Sequence record: OM632664.1
Direction: 5' to 3' (one strand)
Length of the DNA: 64,000 nucleotides
From: Escherichia phage BEU5
The translations under genes and the position numbers were made by a program. Shown here in pieces: positions 1 to 9,890 of this stretch. The notes below the pieces were generated by a model, which searched no databases, had not been told where the DNA came from, and was given only the letters and a program-made list of their open reading frames with translations. Position 1 is the stretch's first letter, and every line of letters starts with the position of its first letter.

Positions 1-2526
1 ATGCAAGTAGCTGACTCTACTGAACTGACCACATCAGCAACGTTGGGTGCTCAAGATGCTATGGCCTTCGGTATTTCTGAAGACCCAGCATTCTTCCAAA
101 TACTCAGTGCTAACCTCTATTCTAATCAGAAACTGGCAATGGTACGTGAGACATTGTGCAATAGCTGGGATGCTCATATTGAGGGGGATAAAACAGATAT
201 TCCTATCCATGTAACCATTGATAAAGATGGTTTCCTTATCTTCCGTGACTATGGTTCTGGTATTCCTAAAGATAAGATTCAAGAGGTCTATGGGGTATAT
301 GGTGCATCTACCAAGAAAGCTAATACTGCTTCCACTGGTGGCTTTGGCTTAGGATGTAAATCTCCTATGGCCTATACAGACAGTTTTACAGTCACATCTA
401 TGTGTGACGGAACCAAGACTGTCTATCACATTGCTAAATCTTCTGTTGAGACTAACGGTAAACCAGGGATTATTCCTATCGTTAGCGTACCTACTGAAGA
501 ATCAGGGCTTGAAGTTAAAATTCAGCTTCAGTCAGAAGATATTTTAGAAATTGATTCATATATTCGAGCCATTGTATTACATGGTGAGATTAAATGTATT
601 TACTGCAATCAGTATACAGGACCAAATACAGTAGAGTTATTGCCTGTACTGGGTATGTCTTTTGAACCAGGTAGCTATAACCTAGACCATAACACATGGC
701 ATAAATATTACATGGGCAGTCATTCAATATTTATCCGTTATGGTAATGTTATGTACCCTGCTTTGGATACTCCTGCTACACATGAAGCATTAAAACTGGT
801 TAAACAGTTTATGCAGGTTATTAACTGTAGTCGTATCGTTGTTCAGGCTGCCCCATCATCACTAGCTGTAGCACCTAGCCGTGAAACACTGTCATCTCAA
901 AAAATGACCGAAGACGGTATCGTAAATTTGGCTGTAGCTTTAGTAGATAATATGGAAGCAGATATTAAAGCTCGTCTTCCAAATGCTATTGAATATATTG
1001 GGAAGGCTATTAAAGAATATAGTCCTCACCGTTTTGAAGTAAATAGTTATTTGCCTTACACCAATTTAGTGCCTGATGTTATTGTCAGTCGTTATATGTC
1101 CTCTACTTTATTCAGTAAGCAATATGCCCATCTGTGTAAGAAATGGGGAAATATGGAAATTGACCGTCAACTTGAACATCCTGCACTGGCTCATTTCTCT
1201 GGTTCTCAAAAAGCCCATCTCCGTAAGCATTTAAAGAGGGCTAAGAATTTACGTAATTACAGGGAATTAACTAAAGTATTTACTGATATGGCTATTAAGC
1301 CAATGTTCAAAACCTTTGCTAAATTGGGGATTACTAAAGGTATTTCCCTATTTCATTATCAATACGGTGTTGAACTGTGGCGTAATAATATTGTTAATAG
1401 TGTCCGTAGAATACACTCATTAAACTTCATGACTTATAGTTCTAAGAAGTGCCGTGTATTTGTTACCCCACGTATTACCAATATTGAAGATAGTCTGGCT
1501 GGGTATCCAGAGTTTGATAATCTTTCTACTGAGACACTGGTAAAATATAACTCAATCATTGTCAAAGTTGGAACCAAGAAAGGTGAAGCAGAAGCTATGA
1601 CTAATCTGCTCACTAAAGCAGGATACGAAGTCATTAATATGGCTGAATATCATGAGTGGGATTGTATAGCTCGTAGACGTAAAGAGGAACAAGAGGCTAA
1701 ATTAGCCATTTCCAAATTACAAGCTAAGAAGACTACTAATAAGAAAAAGGTTAGTCCTAATCGTCTTATTAGTATGAATATCCTTGAAATACCAAAAGAG
1801 CATCGTAGCTATTCGAGTGAAGTATGTGGTTCTCACTACGCTTCTCGTTCTCATGACCGAATGGTTGATGTAGATACTCCCCAGTATTACATCATGCAGG
1901 AAGATATTAATAACTACACAGGAAGACTTGGTGTTCTTTCTATGTGGCAATTAACCCCTGCTACCATTAAAGCTGTGACTGTTGTTTGTCGTAATAAAAT
2001 TGAACGTAATAAAGCTATTAAGCGAGGTGCTGTTCATTTGGATGAATGGACTGCTCCGTATATTGCTTCAGTTCTTACATCCAAACAATTCATTAAGTAT
2101 GTCACTAAAGAACGTCAGAAAACGTTAAGTGATATTGGTATTTACTCCAAACACCTCAGATTACTGAGAGAACTGGATATTACATATGCCCCATTGAAAG
2201 GTCTGCGTTATGACCCAGAACTGGAGAATGCTTATCTCTTCTTACAAAGTAGTAGCTACCCTAAGCTACGTGCATTGTTAGGGAAGGGTCTGATTACTGA
2301 AGAAGAGTATTACTTCCTCAGTGATGTTGATGTGCATTGCAAGACTTTCAGTAAGTACTCGGAACTTCGTAGGATACCGAAGATGTTCCTTGATATTGAT
2401 GCTGGGGGTTATATGTTGGCTGCATGTACTGTAGACACATTGCTTCGTGAAATCGAACAATTCCCTGAATCAATCCCTGCAATCAAACTGCTTGTAAAAG
2501 CTGCTCTTAAACGGAATACAGACTGA
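1..2526 (+). CDS. rIIA: rIIA-like protein with N-terminal GHKL-type ATPase motifs
   Basis: 841-aa ORF starting at window position 1; N-box-like ETLCNSWDAH and G1-box-like FRDYGSGIP near the N-terminus; followed by a second large ORF as in rIIA/rIIB pairs. Confidence 0.5.
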   Translation: MQVADSTELTTSATLGAQDAMAFGISEDPAFFQILSANLYSNQKLAMVRETLCNSWDAHIEGDKTDIPIHVTIDKDGFLIFRDYGSGIPKDKIQEVYGVYGASTKKANTASTGGFGLGCKSPMAYTDSFTVTSMCDGTKTVYHIAKSSVETNGKPGIIPIVSVPTEESGLEVKIQLQSEDILEIDSYIRAIVLHGEIKCIYCNQYTGPNTVELLPVLGMSFEPGSYNLDHNTWHKYYMGSHSIFIRYGNVMYPALDTPATHEALKLVKQFMQVINCSRIVVQAAPSSLAVAPSRETLSSQKMTEDGIVNLAVALVDNMEADIKARLPNAIEYIGKAIKEYSPHRFEVNSYLPYTNLVPDVIVSRYMSSTLFSKQYAHLCKKWGNMEIDRQLEHPALAHFSGSQKAHLRKHLKRAKNLRNYRELTKVFTDMAIKPMFKTFAKLGITKGISLFHYQYGVELWRNNIVNSVRRIHSLNFMTYSSKKCRVFVTPRITNIEDSLAGYPEFDNLSTETLVKYNSIIVKVGTKKGEAEAMTNLLTKAGYEVINMAEYHEWDCIARRRKEEQEAKLAISKLQAKKTTNKKKVSPNRLISMNILEIPKEHRSYSSEVCGSHYASRSHDRMVDVDTPQYYIMQEDINNYTGRLGVLSMWQLTPATIKAVTVVCRNKIERNKAIKRGAVHLDEWTAPYIASVLTSKQFIKYVTKERQKTLSDIGIYSKHLRLLRELDITYAPLKGLRYDPELENAYLFLQSSSYPKLRALLGKGLITEEEYYFLSDVDVHCKTFSKYSELRRIPKMFLDIDAGGYMLAACTVDTLLREIEQFPESIPAIKLLVKAALKRNTD

Positions 2527-4616
2527 TGAAACGAAATTATCTCGCCATTATTGCCCTGTCAGTAGACAGTCGTAACCTCACCTTATGGCAACCAGATGGT
2601 TCTACTATGGTCATCCCCCAAGGGGATGCCCGTGTACCACGTATTGTTGCTGAAGCAAAAGAAAAGAATCTTACCCCAGGTAAGATTATCGAAGTGGATG
2701 TCACTATCGAAGCTCAGATTCGTCAGGAGTTTCTGGACGCTGAACGTGATACAGGTGGCTTTGTTAAATTCTTCCGTATTACTAAGAAGAGGCTACAAGA
2801 GTTCTTCTTAGGGGAAGAGGAAGAACAAGTCCCTTATGTATCACCTGTAGAGTTAGGTGCTAAACCCACTGCTTTCAATGCTTTTATTGCTAATGCTGTA
2901 GGCAAAACTCTTGCTGTACAACATGCATCATTAAAAGCACCTGAACCAGAAATGACAGTTACTCATGAGCGTTTTTACGGTAACTATGCTGTATGGATTA
3001 CAGATGTAGACCCACGGAATCATCGTATTGAGGTTATTCATGTTATCCGTGAAATCTCAGGAAGAACCAGTGAATATGTCAATAACCTGCTGGCTCAACC
3101 AACCCCATTCAAAGTATTTGATTGGCTCACAGAGACGCAGGCTAAAGAGTTTGTAAGACGTCTGAATAACACTCAGGGTGTTATCTCTGTCTATAACAAA
3201 CTGGAAGACGGTATTCCTGCTAAGGTTGCTGTAAAGGCCACAAAGCCAACCAATAAGGAAAAGCTGGAAGCTGCATCAACTAAGCTGAAAGCTATGGGTG
3301 CTGTCGCTACTGATGCTTATGAGTTTCATACTGACTTGAATGAGAATGAAGAGACTATTGTAGCTGTAGTGAATGATAAGGTGGTTCCTGATGTTCAGAA
3401 CCTACACCGCCACATCCGTCAATCTGCAAACCTGAAAGACTATAAAGGCTTTACTAAGTTCCTTGAACGTCTGTCTACTGTAATTGATAAACGTCGTCAC
3501 TCTGTTGAAGACCTGATGAAGTTTATGGAAAAAGGTGACCTGCCAATTGCAGATGATGGCTCCATTGTTATCTTCAAACGTCTGGAAAGCAAAGACAATC
3601 CTGAACATCTCAAAGACGTAATGGATGATGTATTTGTTGATTGCCATTCTAGGAAGATTGAGCAATGCGTTGGTATGCGTGTAATGGTTAAAGAAAACCT
3701 TGTAGACCAGAACCGTCGTAAAGACTGTTCTCATGGTTTGCACGTAGCTTCTCTGCAATACATTCGTAATTTCTCAGGCAACGTAACCATTATTGGTAAA
3801 GTTGCTCCAGAGGATGTATTTGCAGTACCAGAATACGATGTTACTAAGATGCGTGTATCTGCTTATCACATCATTACCAAGCTACCTGATGCTATTCGTG
3901 ACCATGTTAATAATGGCAATCCAATCTCCACCATTGAGGGTGGTACGGAAATCCTGAACATGGTTCTCAGTGGTAATCACCCTGAACCTTCCCGTCAGGT
4001 ACTGGTTGGTGGTCATTATGGAACCAATCTGACTTATTCAGAACTCACCCGTAATTATCTGGATGATGAGGAAGACATCGTTATTCCAGATGAACCAGTA
4101 ATTAAGAAAACTGCCTTGAATATGGAAGAGAGCTTTACGGCAACTAATCCTAAAGCTGAACCAGTGAAGGCAACGGATGTTAAACCTATTAAGAAGACTA
4201 AGATGGAAATTCTTAAAGACCTTTGGAACCAGTTCCTGAAAGCAGAGACTTCTAATGAAGCTATTACACTGGCTGATGAAATCATTGCTGCTAAGGGCAA
4301 ATGTAAGAAGTCATGGGCTTCTTTAGGCTTCAGTGGTGACATGGTTCAGAAACTGATTGATGCTCGTGCTAATAAACCTAAGCCAGAAAAAGTAGTCAAA
4401 CAGGATAAAACTGTTGCACCTAAGAAAACTACAATCACTCGTAGTCGGAATGCTGATGTTATTCGTAGCTATCTGAATGACAAAGGTATGTCTGATTACT
4501 GTAAAGCTCATGCCATTCACGATGTGAAACGTGCTGCTAAGAAATCTTATGCTGCACTGGGTCTGACTCCTGAAGAATGCAGCCAAATTGATAAACTGAA
4601 GCATCATTTGAAGTAA
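2526..4616 (+). CDS. rIIB-like protein (putative, by position)
   Basis: 696-aa ORF whose ATG overlaps the rIIA-like stop (ATGA); assignment rests on size and adjacency only. Confidence 0.3.
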   Translation: MKRNYLAIIALSVDSRNLTLWQPDGSTMVIPQGDARVPRIVAEAKEKNLTPGKIIEVDVTIEAQIRQEFLDAERDTGGFVKFFRITKKRLQEFFLGEEEEQVPYVSPVELGAKPTAFNAFIANAVGKTLAVQHASLKAPEPEMTVTHERFYGNYAVWITDVDPRNHRIEVIHVIREISGRTSEYVNNLLAQPTPFKVFDWLTETQAKEFVRRLNNTQGVISVYNKLEDGIPAKVAVKATKPTNKEKLEAASTKLKAMGAVATDAYEFHTDLNENEETIVAVVNDKVVPDVQNLHRHIRQSANLKDYKGFTKFLERLSTVIDKRRHSVEDLMKFMEKGDLPIADDGSIVIFKRLESKDNPEHLKDVMDDVFVDCHSRKIEQCVGMRVMVKENLVDQNRRKDCSHGLHVASLQYIRNFSGNVTIIGKVAPEDVFAVPEYDVTKMRVSAYHIITKLPDAIRDHVNNGNPISTIEGGTEILNMVLSGNHPEPSRQVLVGGHYGTNLTYSELTRNYLDDEEDIVIPDEPVIKKTALNMEESFTATNPKAEPVKATDVKPIKKTKMEILKDLWNQFLKAETSNEAITLADEIIAAKGKCKKSWASLGFSGDMVQKLIDARANKPKPEKVVKQDKTVAPKKTTITRSRNADVIRSYLNDKGMSDYCKAHAIHDVKRAAKKSYAALGLTPEECSQIDKLKHHLK

Positions 4617-4634
4617 GTAGGTTAACTATTCAAG

Positions 4635-4667
4635 TAGCTCCGGTTGAAATATACTGGAGCTATCTTT
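4635..4667 (+). other. imperfect stem-loop after the rIIB-like gene (weak terminator candidate)
   Basis: 9-bp stem with one wobble (tagctccgg/ctggagcta), 10-nt loop, short T-run. Confidence 0.25.
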
Positions 4668-5079
4668 GAAGAGGATACATACTATGGCCAAAGTTTATCG
4701 TGCTAACCGTAAAGCCCATGATGACGATATTATTCGTATGAATGCAGTCGGTTTATCATTGGGAACCATTGCTAAAACACTGGGTGTTCACCCCACTACA
4801 GTTACCTTACGATTACGCTCTCTTGGTATTGAACCAGCCGACACACGTCGAACATTTATGGAGAACGTACTAGCACCATTACCTACTCACGTAGCTGATT
4901 GGTTATCAGAACAAGTAGGACCAAAGTATGAGATTCGACAATACGTCCGAGACTTATTACTAGAAGCCTACAATAATCGTCATAATCATAAGGAAACTGC
5001 TCATGAACGATTCCTCAAAAGATACGTTGGTACAAACTCAGAACTGGTTTCTGAAGGCAGTACCCAGTCCAACGAGTAA
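4666..5079 (+). CDS. hypothetical protein with helix-turn-helix-like segment
   Basis: 137-aa ORF; segment GLSLGTIAKTLGVHPTTVTLRLRSLGI resembles an HTH DNA-binding motif. Confidence 0.35.
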   Translation: MKRIHTMAKVYRANRKAHDDDIIRMNAVGLSLGTIAKTLGVHPTTVTLRLRSLGIEPADTRRTFMENVLAPLPTHVADWLSEQVGPKYEIRQYVRDLLLEAYNNRHNHKETAHERFLKRYVGTNSELVSEGSTQSNE

Positions 5080-5464
5080 AAACATTAGTACTCAGATTGG
5101 TTGTCATCTGGAAGAAGTAGTTGAGATGCTGGAAGAATTGGCTCCAAATTCTGAAGAAGCATACGATACACTTCATAATGCCATTGTAGCTTTAACTGAA
5201 TTGTCAGAATTAATGAAATCCTCTGATAAAGAAGTTTATGCACCTAACAGCAATCGCTTAGCTATTCTGGATGCACTGGCAGACCAGATTGTTACAGCAA
5301 CTGGCATCGGTACTTTCTTGGGTATGAACGTACCTGGAGCACTCACTGAAGTGAACCGTTCTAATTATTCAAAATTTGAAGATGGTGAGCCTGTTTTCAA
5401 TGAGAATAAGAAAGTAATGAAAGGTAAGGATTACACTCCGCCTGATTTAACCCCATTCATTTAA
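5003..5464 (+). CDS. MazG-like nucleotide pyrophosphohydrolase (putative)
   Basis: 153-aa ORF, ATG with AAGGA RBS; EExxE-type motif HLEEVVEMLEEL and downstream acidic helix LDALADQIV; overlaps upstream ORF by 77 nt in another frame. Confidence 0.35.
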   Translation: MNDSSKDTLVQTQNWFLKAVPSPTSKNISTQIGCHLEEVVEMLEELAPNSEEAYDTLHNAIVALTELSELMKSSDKEVYAPNSNRLAILDALADQIVTATGIGTFLGMNVPGALTEVNRSNYSKFEDGEPVFNENKKVMKGKDYTPPDLTPFI

Positions 5465-5469
5465 AAGAG

Positions 5470-5491
5470 CCGCCCATATAGGGCGGTTTTT
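5470..5491 (+). terminator. intrinsic terminator
   Basis: stem ccgccc/gggcgg with loop atata followed by TTTTT, between MazG-like and helicase genes. Confidence 0.65.
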
Positions 5492-5506
5492 GTATCTGGA
5501 GAACTC

Positions 5507-6826
5507 ATGTATAAAAGTACTACTAAGCTGCCACTAAATCCTGGTCAAGAGGCAGCGGCAGAAGGTTTCTTCGACTTTCTGCTCGACCCCAATGCTTCTG
5601 AACTTCGTATTAGTGGACCTGGTGGTACAGGCAAGACATTTACAATGGCTCATATGATTGACGAGATTATGCCTCGTTATCATGAGACATGTAGTCTGAT
5701 GGGAATCCCTGCTCTCTATAACGAAGTTATTATGACTGCTACTACTAATAAGGCAGCAGAAGTATTAGCCCGTGCAACAGGACGTCCTACGTCTACCTAT
5801 CATTCCTTTCAAGGTCTGACAGTACGGAATAACCTGAAGACTGGGGAAGCAGACCTGATTCCATCTAAGTCCTTCAGTATCAAAAAGAATAAGGTCATTT
5901 TTATTGATGAAGCATCAATGATTGACCGTAAACTGAAGAAGTTCATTAACGAAGGTACTCACCAAAGTAAGATTGTTTACTTAGGTGATAAATGCCAATT
6001 GTTACCTGTAAAGGAAACTTCTTCTCCTGTCTACAATGACAGTAGCATTAAAGAGTTTATGCTGACCCAGCAGATGCGTACTGATGTCCCTGAACTCCAT
6101 GCACTGCATGAACAGCTTCGTGGAACCATTGAAGGTAAGCATGGATTCCTGCCTATTAAAGCAGTTCCAGGTATTATCGACTGGATTGAAGATGGTGATG
6201 AAATGAGAAAAGAAGTCGAAGGTCATTTCATGACTAAGACTGACACTCGTATTGTTGCCTATACCAACCAACAGGTTGTTAACTATAACACCTTCATTCG
6301 AGCTATGAATGGATTCCACGGGGAGTTCTGTATTGGTGAAGAGTTAGTAAGTAACTCTGCTATTCAGATTGGTGCTGGTGATCGCCTTAGTATTGAACAG
6401 GAATGCCAGATTGTTGACCAGGATTCTGCTACTCGTAAGATTCTGATTGATTCCTCTGGCATCGAATTAGAAGTACGTGATTGCACCCTGGATACTGGTT
6501 ATGGTGGTGTCTTTGAAGGTATCCCTATTCCGGTAGATATGGATTATTTCATTCGTTTGCAAAAGTACTATGCACACCAAAAGAACTGGGAACGTCACTT
6601 CTATTTGAAAGAAACATTCCCTGAACTTCGAGCATTACATGCTTCTACTGTGCATAAGTCTCAAGGTTCTACCTACGACACCATCTTTATTGATGCTACT
6701 GATTTATCTACTTGCCGTCAGCCTGATGTAGTAGCACGTCTGCTTTATGTAGCAGTATCTCGTGCTCGTCATCGTGTTGTGTTCTATGGCTCTTTGGCAG
6801 AGAAATTTGGTGGTCTGGTTCGCTAA
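5507..6826 (+). CDS. SF1 DNA helicase, Dda/RecD-like
   Basis: Walker A GPGGTGKTF, Walker B IFIDEASMID, motifs TVHKSQGSTYD and YVAVSRAR; preceded by terminator and GGAGA RBS. Confidence 0.8.
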   Translation: MYKSTTKLPLNPGQEAAAEGFFDFLLDPNASELRISGPGGTGKTFTMAHMIDEIMPRYHETCSLMGIPALYNEVIMTATTNKAAEVLARATGRPTSTYHSFQGLTVRNNLKTGEADLIPSKSFSIKKNKVIFIDEASMIDRKLKKFINEGTHQSKIVYLGDKCQLLPVKETSSPVYNDSSIKEFMLTQQMRTDVPELHALHEQLRGTIEGKHGFLPIKAVPGIIDWIEDGDEMRKEVEGHFMTKTDTRIVAYTNQQVVNYNTFIRAMNGFHGEFCIGEELVSNSAIQIGAGDRLSIEQECQIVDQDSATRKILIDSSGIELEVRDCTLDTGYGGVFEGIPIPVDMDYFIRLQKYYAHQKNWERHFYLKETFPELRALHASTVHKSQGSTYDTIFIDATDLSTCRQPDVVARLLYVAVSRARHRVVFYGSLAEKFGGLVR

Positions 6827-6835
6827 GGAGAACTT

Positions 6836-7363
6836 ATGCAACTGGGTGAAAAACAAATCCGTGAAATGACTAATAGTAGTGAACTAGTTCAGGAATTATT
6901 CTTAGCCGAGTTACGTCGGCTAGATAAAGTGCTGGATAGTATCATTACACGTAATGGGGAAACATTCGCTGTATACAACTCAACAGGGTTTCTGTATTTA
7001 GGGGAGTTCTATTCGAGTTCCCGTTCATCACAACAACCCCCTTCTGGTCATCGTCTGGCTCTGGCTAATCACCTACTGGATGATATGCGGGAGTATCTGG
7101 AACAAGCAGGTAAACTTCTGCTAGAAGTCCATATGGTGAATCAGATGGTCTTTCGTCTGGTTCAGGGCTGTAAGACTTATCAAGACGTTCGTGATGCATT
7201 GCCAGAATGCCTCATTGCTATGGATAAACAGGGTCATCTGAAATCCTTACAGAGAACCAGAAAGGCAGCATTTACTCTGGATAATGATGCTATGGCTCTC
7301 CGTCAGTATGAGAAAATCTTGCCGATTATCGAATACTATGCGGGAACCCATCTTATCTTTTGA
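6836..7363 (+). CDS. hypothetical protein
   Basis: 175-aa ORF tightly packed between helicase and DNA polymerase genes. Confidence 0.4.
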   Translation: MQLGEKQIREMTNSSELVQELFLAELRRLDKVLDSIITRNGETFAVYNSTGFLYLGEFYSSSRSSQQPPSGHRLALANHLLDDMREYLEQAGKLLLEVHMVNQMVFRLVQGCKTYQDVRDALPECLIAMDKQGHLKSLQRTRKAAFTLDNDAMALRQYEKILPIIEYYAGTHLIF

Positions 7364-7370
7364 GGTCTGT

Positions 7371-9335
7371 ATGCGTCACATTACATTCAACAATGAGGGT
7401 ATCTACCCTATTGCTATCCTTACTACAACGTTACGTAAGGATGATATTGTCAAAGCATACATGGAACCCTGGGATGTAGATAAAGATTCAGTAATGATTC
7501 TTGAACTTCATACAGCCCCAGGGAAAAAGAAAACTCCTGCTAAAGAGATGCAGGAGTTTATTACCCAAGAATTAGTGCCAGCATTCGAAGCAGCACAAAC
7601 TCAGTATATCATCTGTGGTGATTCTGAATATTACAAACAGCTAACCAAACAAGGTAAAGCTGATGCCAATATTGGCTATGTAATGGATTGTGCTTATGGG
7701 AACCAGAAAGTTATTTACGTTCCCAATTACAGACAAATCTTTTATGACCCGGATAAGGTAAAGACTAAGATTGCTTTATCCATGCAGGCTCTGATTGATT
7801 ATGTCTCTGGTTCTTATGTTGAGCCAGGAACTAAGATTATCCACTATGCTGATTATCCATTAACTCCAGAAGCTATATCTAAGTGGTTAGATAAGTTACT
7901 GGAGATGAATGTTCCATTAGCAGTAGATATAGAAACCTTCAGTCTGAAGCATTATGACTGTGGTATAGGCACTATTACATTCTGCTGGAACAAGCATGAA
8001 GGGATAGCATTCCCTGTGGATTATGAACCAATTGAGGGGGCTACTGAAGCTCCTTATGGTAGACAAGTTCACAACATGCTTGTTCGTTCTATGCTCAGAG
8101 ACTTTTTTATTAAGTATCTGAACAGGCAGATGTATCACAATATTGCCTTTGACGTATATGCACTCATTTACCAGTTATTTATGACAGACCTTCTGGATAC
8201 GGAAGGGTTGTTGCATGGCATGAGTATCATGCTAAGAAACTGGGATTGCACTAAGTTAATTACCTATCTGGCTACTAACTCTTGTGCGGGTAATAAGCTA
8301 AGTCTTAAAGACCAGGCTCAGGAATATGCTGGTAACTATGCTCAAGAAGAAATCAATGACATTACCAGAATCCCATTAGCAGAGTTGTTGGAATACAACT
8401 TAGTGGATGGATTATGTACCTGGTATGTCTATGAAAAGCATTGGGATACTCTGGTTAATGACCAACAGTTAGATGTTTATACAAACATCTTCAAACCTGC
8501 ATGTGAAGATATTATTCAAATGCAGTTAACTGGTATGCCTATCAATATGAAGACAGTATTGGAGGTAGAAGAGGCATTAACCCAAGACTATAACAATGCG
8601 TTAAAAACAATTGCTGACAGTAAAGTAATCAAAGATTTCACCCGTCTTCTTAATGAAGAATGGGTAGAAAAACAGAACCAGATTCTGAAGAAGAAACGAG
8701 TGACTTTAGCTGATGCTAAAGAACAGTTTAACCCAAACTCAGGTATTCAATTACAGAAGCTACTTTTTGAGTTTCTGGAGTTACCTGTACTTGGTTTGAC
8801 TGCAAGTAAACTACCTGCTACTGGCAGTGGCATACTCAAGTCTTTGAAGAACCATACCCAAGATACCAGTATTCTGGAAATTCTTGATGCTCTGATTGAT
8901 TACAAAGCTGTAGATAAAATTCTGACAGCATTTATTCCAGCATTAAAAAATGCCAGACAAGGACCAGATGGTTGGCATTATCTCTTTGGTAATCTGAACT
9001 TAGGTGGGACTGTATCAGGCCGCCTATCCAGTAGTGAACCAAACCTACAGAACCTACCTTCTGGTTCCAGATATGCCAAGATGATTAAAAAATGCTTTGA
9101 GGCTCCTCCTGGATGGATATTCTGTGGGCTAGACTTTGCTTCTCTCGAAGACCGTATATCTGCTTTAACAACCAAAGACCCTAACAAGCTGAAGGTGTAC
9201 ATGGGTGTGACTGTTTATACAGTTACTATAGAAGGAGTTGACCATCATATCCGAGATGATGATACAATCGTTTATGATGGTAAAACTTATACCGGTGAGG
9301 AGTTCTATGACGCTTTTACCCGTGGCCTTCTATGA
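7371..9335 (+). CDS. DNA polymerase (family A), N-terminal fragment: 3'-5' exonuclease domain and polymerase motif A
   Basis: Exo I VDIETFS, Exo II YHNIAFDVYAL, Exo III YNLVDGLC, motif A LDFASLEDRI (DYSQIELR-like); start moved to ATG 7371 (GAGG RBS) within track ORF 7284..9335; frame ends at TGA 9333-9335 shortly after motif A. Confidence 0.8.
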   Translation: MRHITFNNEGIYPIAILTTTLRKDDIVKAYMEPWDVDKDSVMILELHTAPGKKKTPAKEMQEFITQELVPAFEAAQTQYIICGDSEYYKQLTKQGKADANIGYVMDCAYGNQKVIYVPNYRQIFYDPDKVKTKIALSMQALIDYVSGSYVEPGTKIIHYADYPLTPEAISKWLDKLLEMNVPLAVDIETFSLKHYDCGIGTITFCWNKHEGIAFPVDYEPIEGATEAPYGRQVHNMLVRSMLRDFFIKYLNRQMYHNIAFDVYALIYQLFMTDLLDTEGLLHGMSIMLRNWDCTKLITYLATNSCAGNKLSLKDQAQEYAGNYAQEEINDITRIPLAELLEYNLVDGLCTWYVYEKHWDTLVNDQQLDVYTNIFKPACEDIIQMQLTGMPINMKTVLEVEEALTQDYNNALKTIADSKVIKDFTRLLNEEWVEKQNQILKKKRVTLADAKEQFNPNSGIQLQKLLFEFLELPVLGLTASKLPATGSGILKSLKNHTQDTSILEILDALIDYKAVDKILTAFIPALKNARQGPDGWHYLFGNLNLGGTVSGRLSSSEPNLQNLPSGSRYAKMIKKCFEAPPGWIFCGLDFASLEDRISALTTKDPNKLKVYMGVTVYTVTIEGVDHHIRDDDTIVYDGKTYTGEEFYDAFTRGLL

Positions 9336-9890
9336 ACAACGGTATAAGATTTCCGATGAAGGTTTCATCTTAAATCTTGCAAACAATCAACCCCTAAAAC
9401 CGACTCTCAATCCTAATGGATACCTTAAGGTTGGATTAGCTAATGGCGATGGTACACATCACCAAGAGCTACTTCATATTCTGGTAGCTAAACACTTCAT
9501 CCCTAATCCTTATGGCTATGAACAGGTAAACCATAAAGACGGTAATAAACTGCATTGTCATAAGGATAATCTGGAATGGTGCTCTGCTACTCAGAATGTT
9601 GAACATGCACTTAAAACAAAGCTACGTCCTGGTTACATGTCTGCTGACGATAAAGAGAAGTATCTCTTTGAGGTGCTGGCAGGTAAGCAAGTTAAAGACA
9701 TTGCTTTTGAAATAGGTAGGCGTCCTGAAACTTTGCATAAGATGCTCAGAACTACTGCTGACCGACTTGGTGTTCGAAATGAGTGGGATGATGTTATGAG
9801 GAGAAATAGAAAAGATGTTGCTTTACGACAGCTTGCCAAAATCAACTCATGACTTCACTGGCAAGAAAATTGACAACGTAGTCAAAGCTG
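9200..9890 (+). mobile_element. homing-endonuclease insertion splitting the DNA polymerase gene between motifs A and B
   Basis: polymerase reading frame is interrupted between motif A (about 9120-9200) and the DIHT-like segment YDGHSLRAYAYFGE (about 9900); interval is occupied by an HNH endonuclease ORF in a different frame. Confidence 0.6.
9307..9852 (+). CDS. HNH homing endonuclease
   Basis: HNH signature NGYLKVGL...HQELLHILVAKHFIPNP...VNHKDGNKLHCHKDNLEW...TQNVEH; ATG 9307 preceded by GAGGAG RBS and overlapping the polymerase-N stop; track ORF 9238 starts at TTG. Confidence 0.75.
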   Translation: MTLLPVAFYEQRYKISDEGFILNLANNQPLKPTLNPNGYLKVGLANGDGTHHQELLHILVAKHFIPNPYGYEQVNHKDGNKLHCHKDNLEWCSATQNVEHALKTKLRPGYMSADDKEKYLFEVLAGKQVKDIAFEIGRRPETLHKMLRTTADRLGVRNEWDDVMRRNRKDVALRQLAKINS

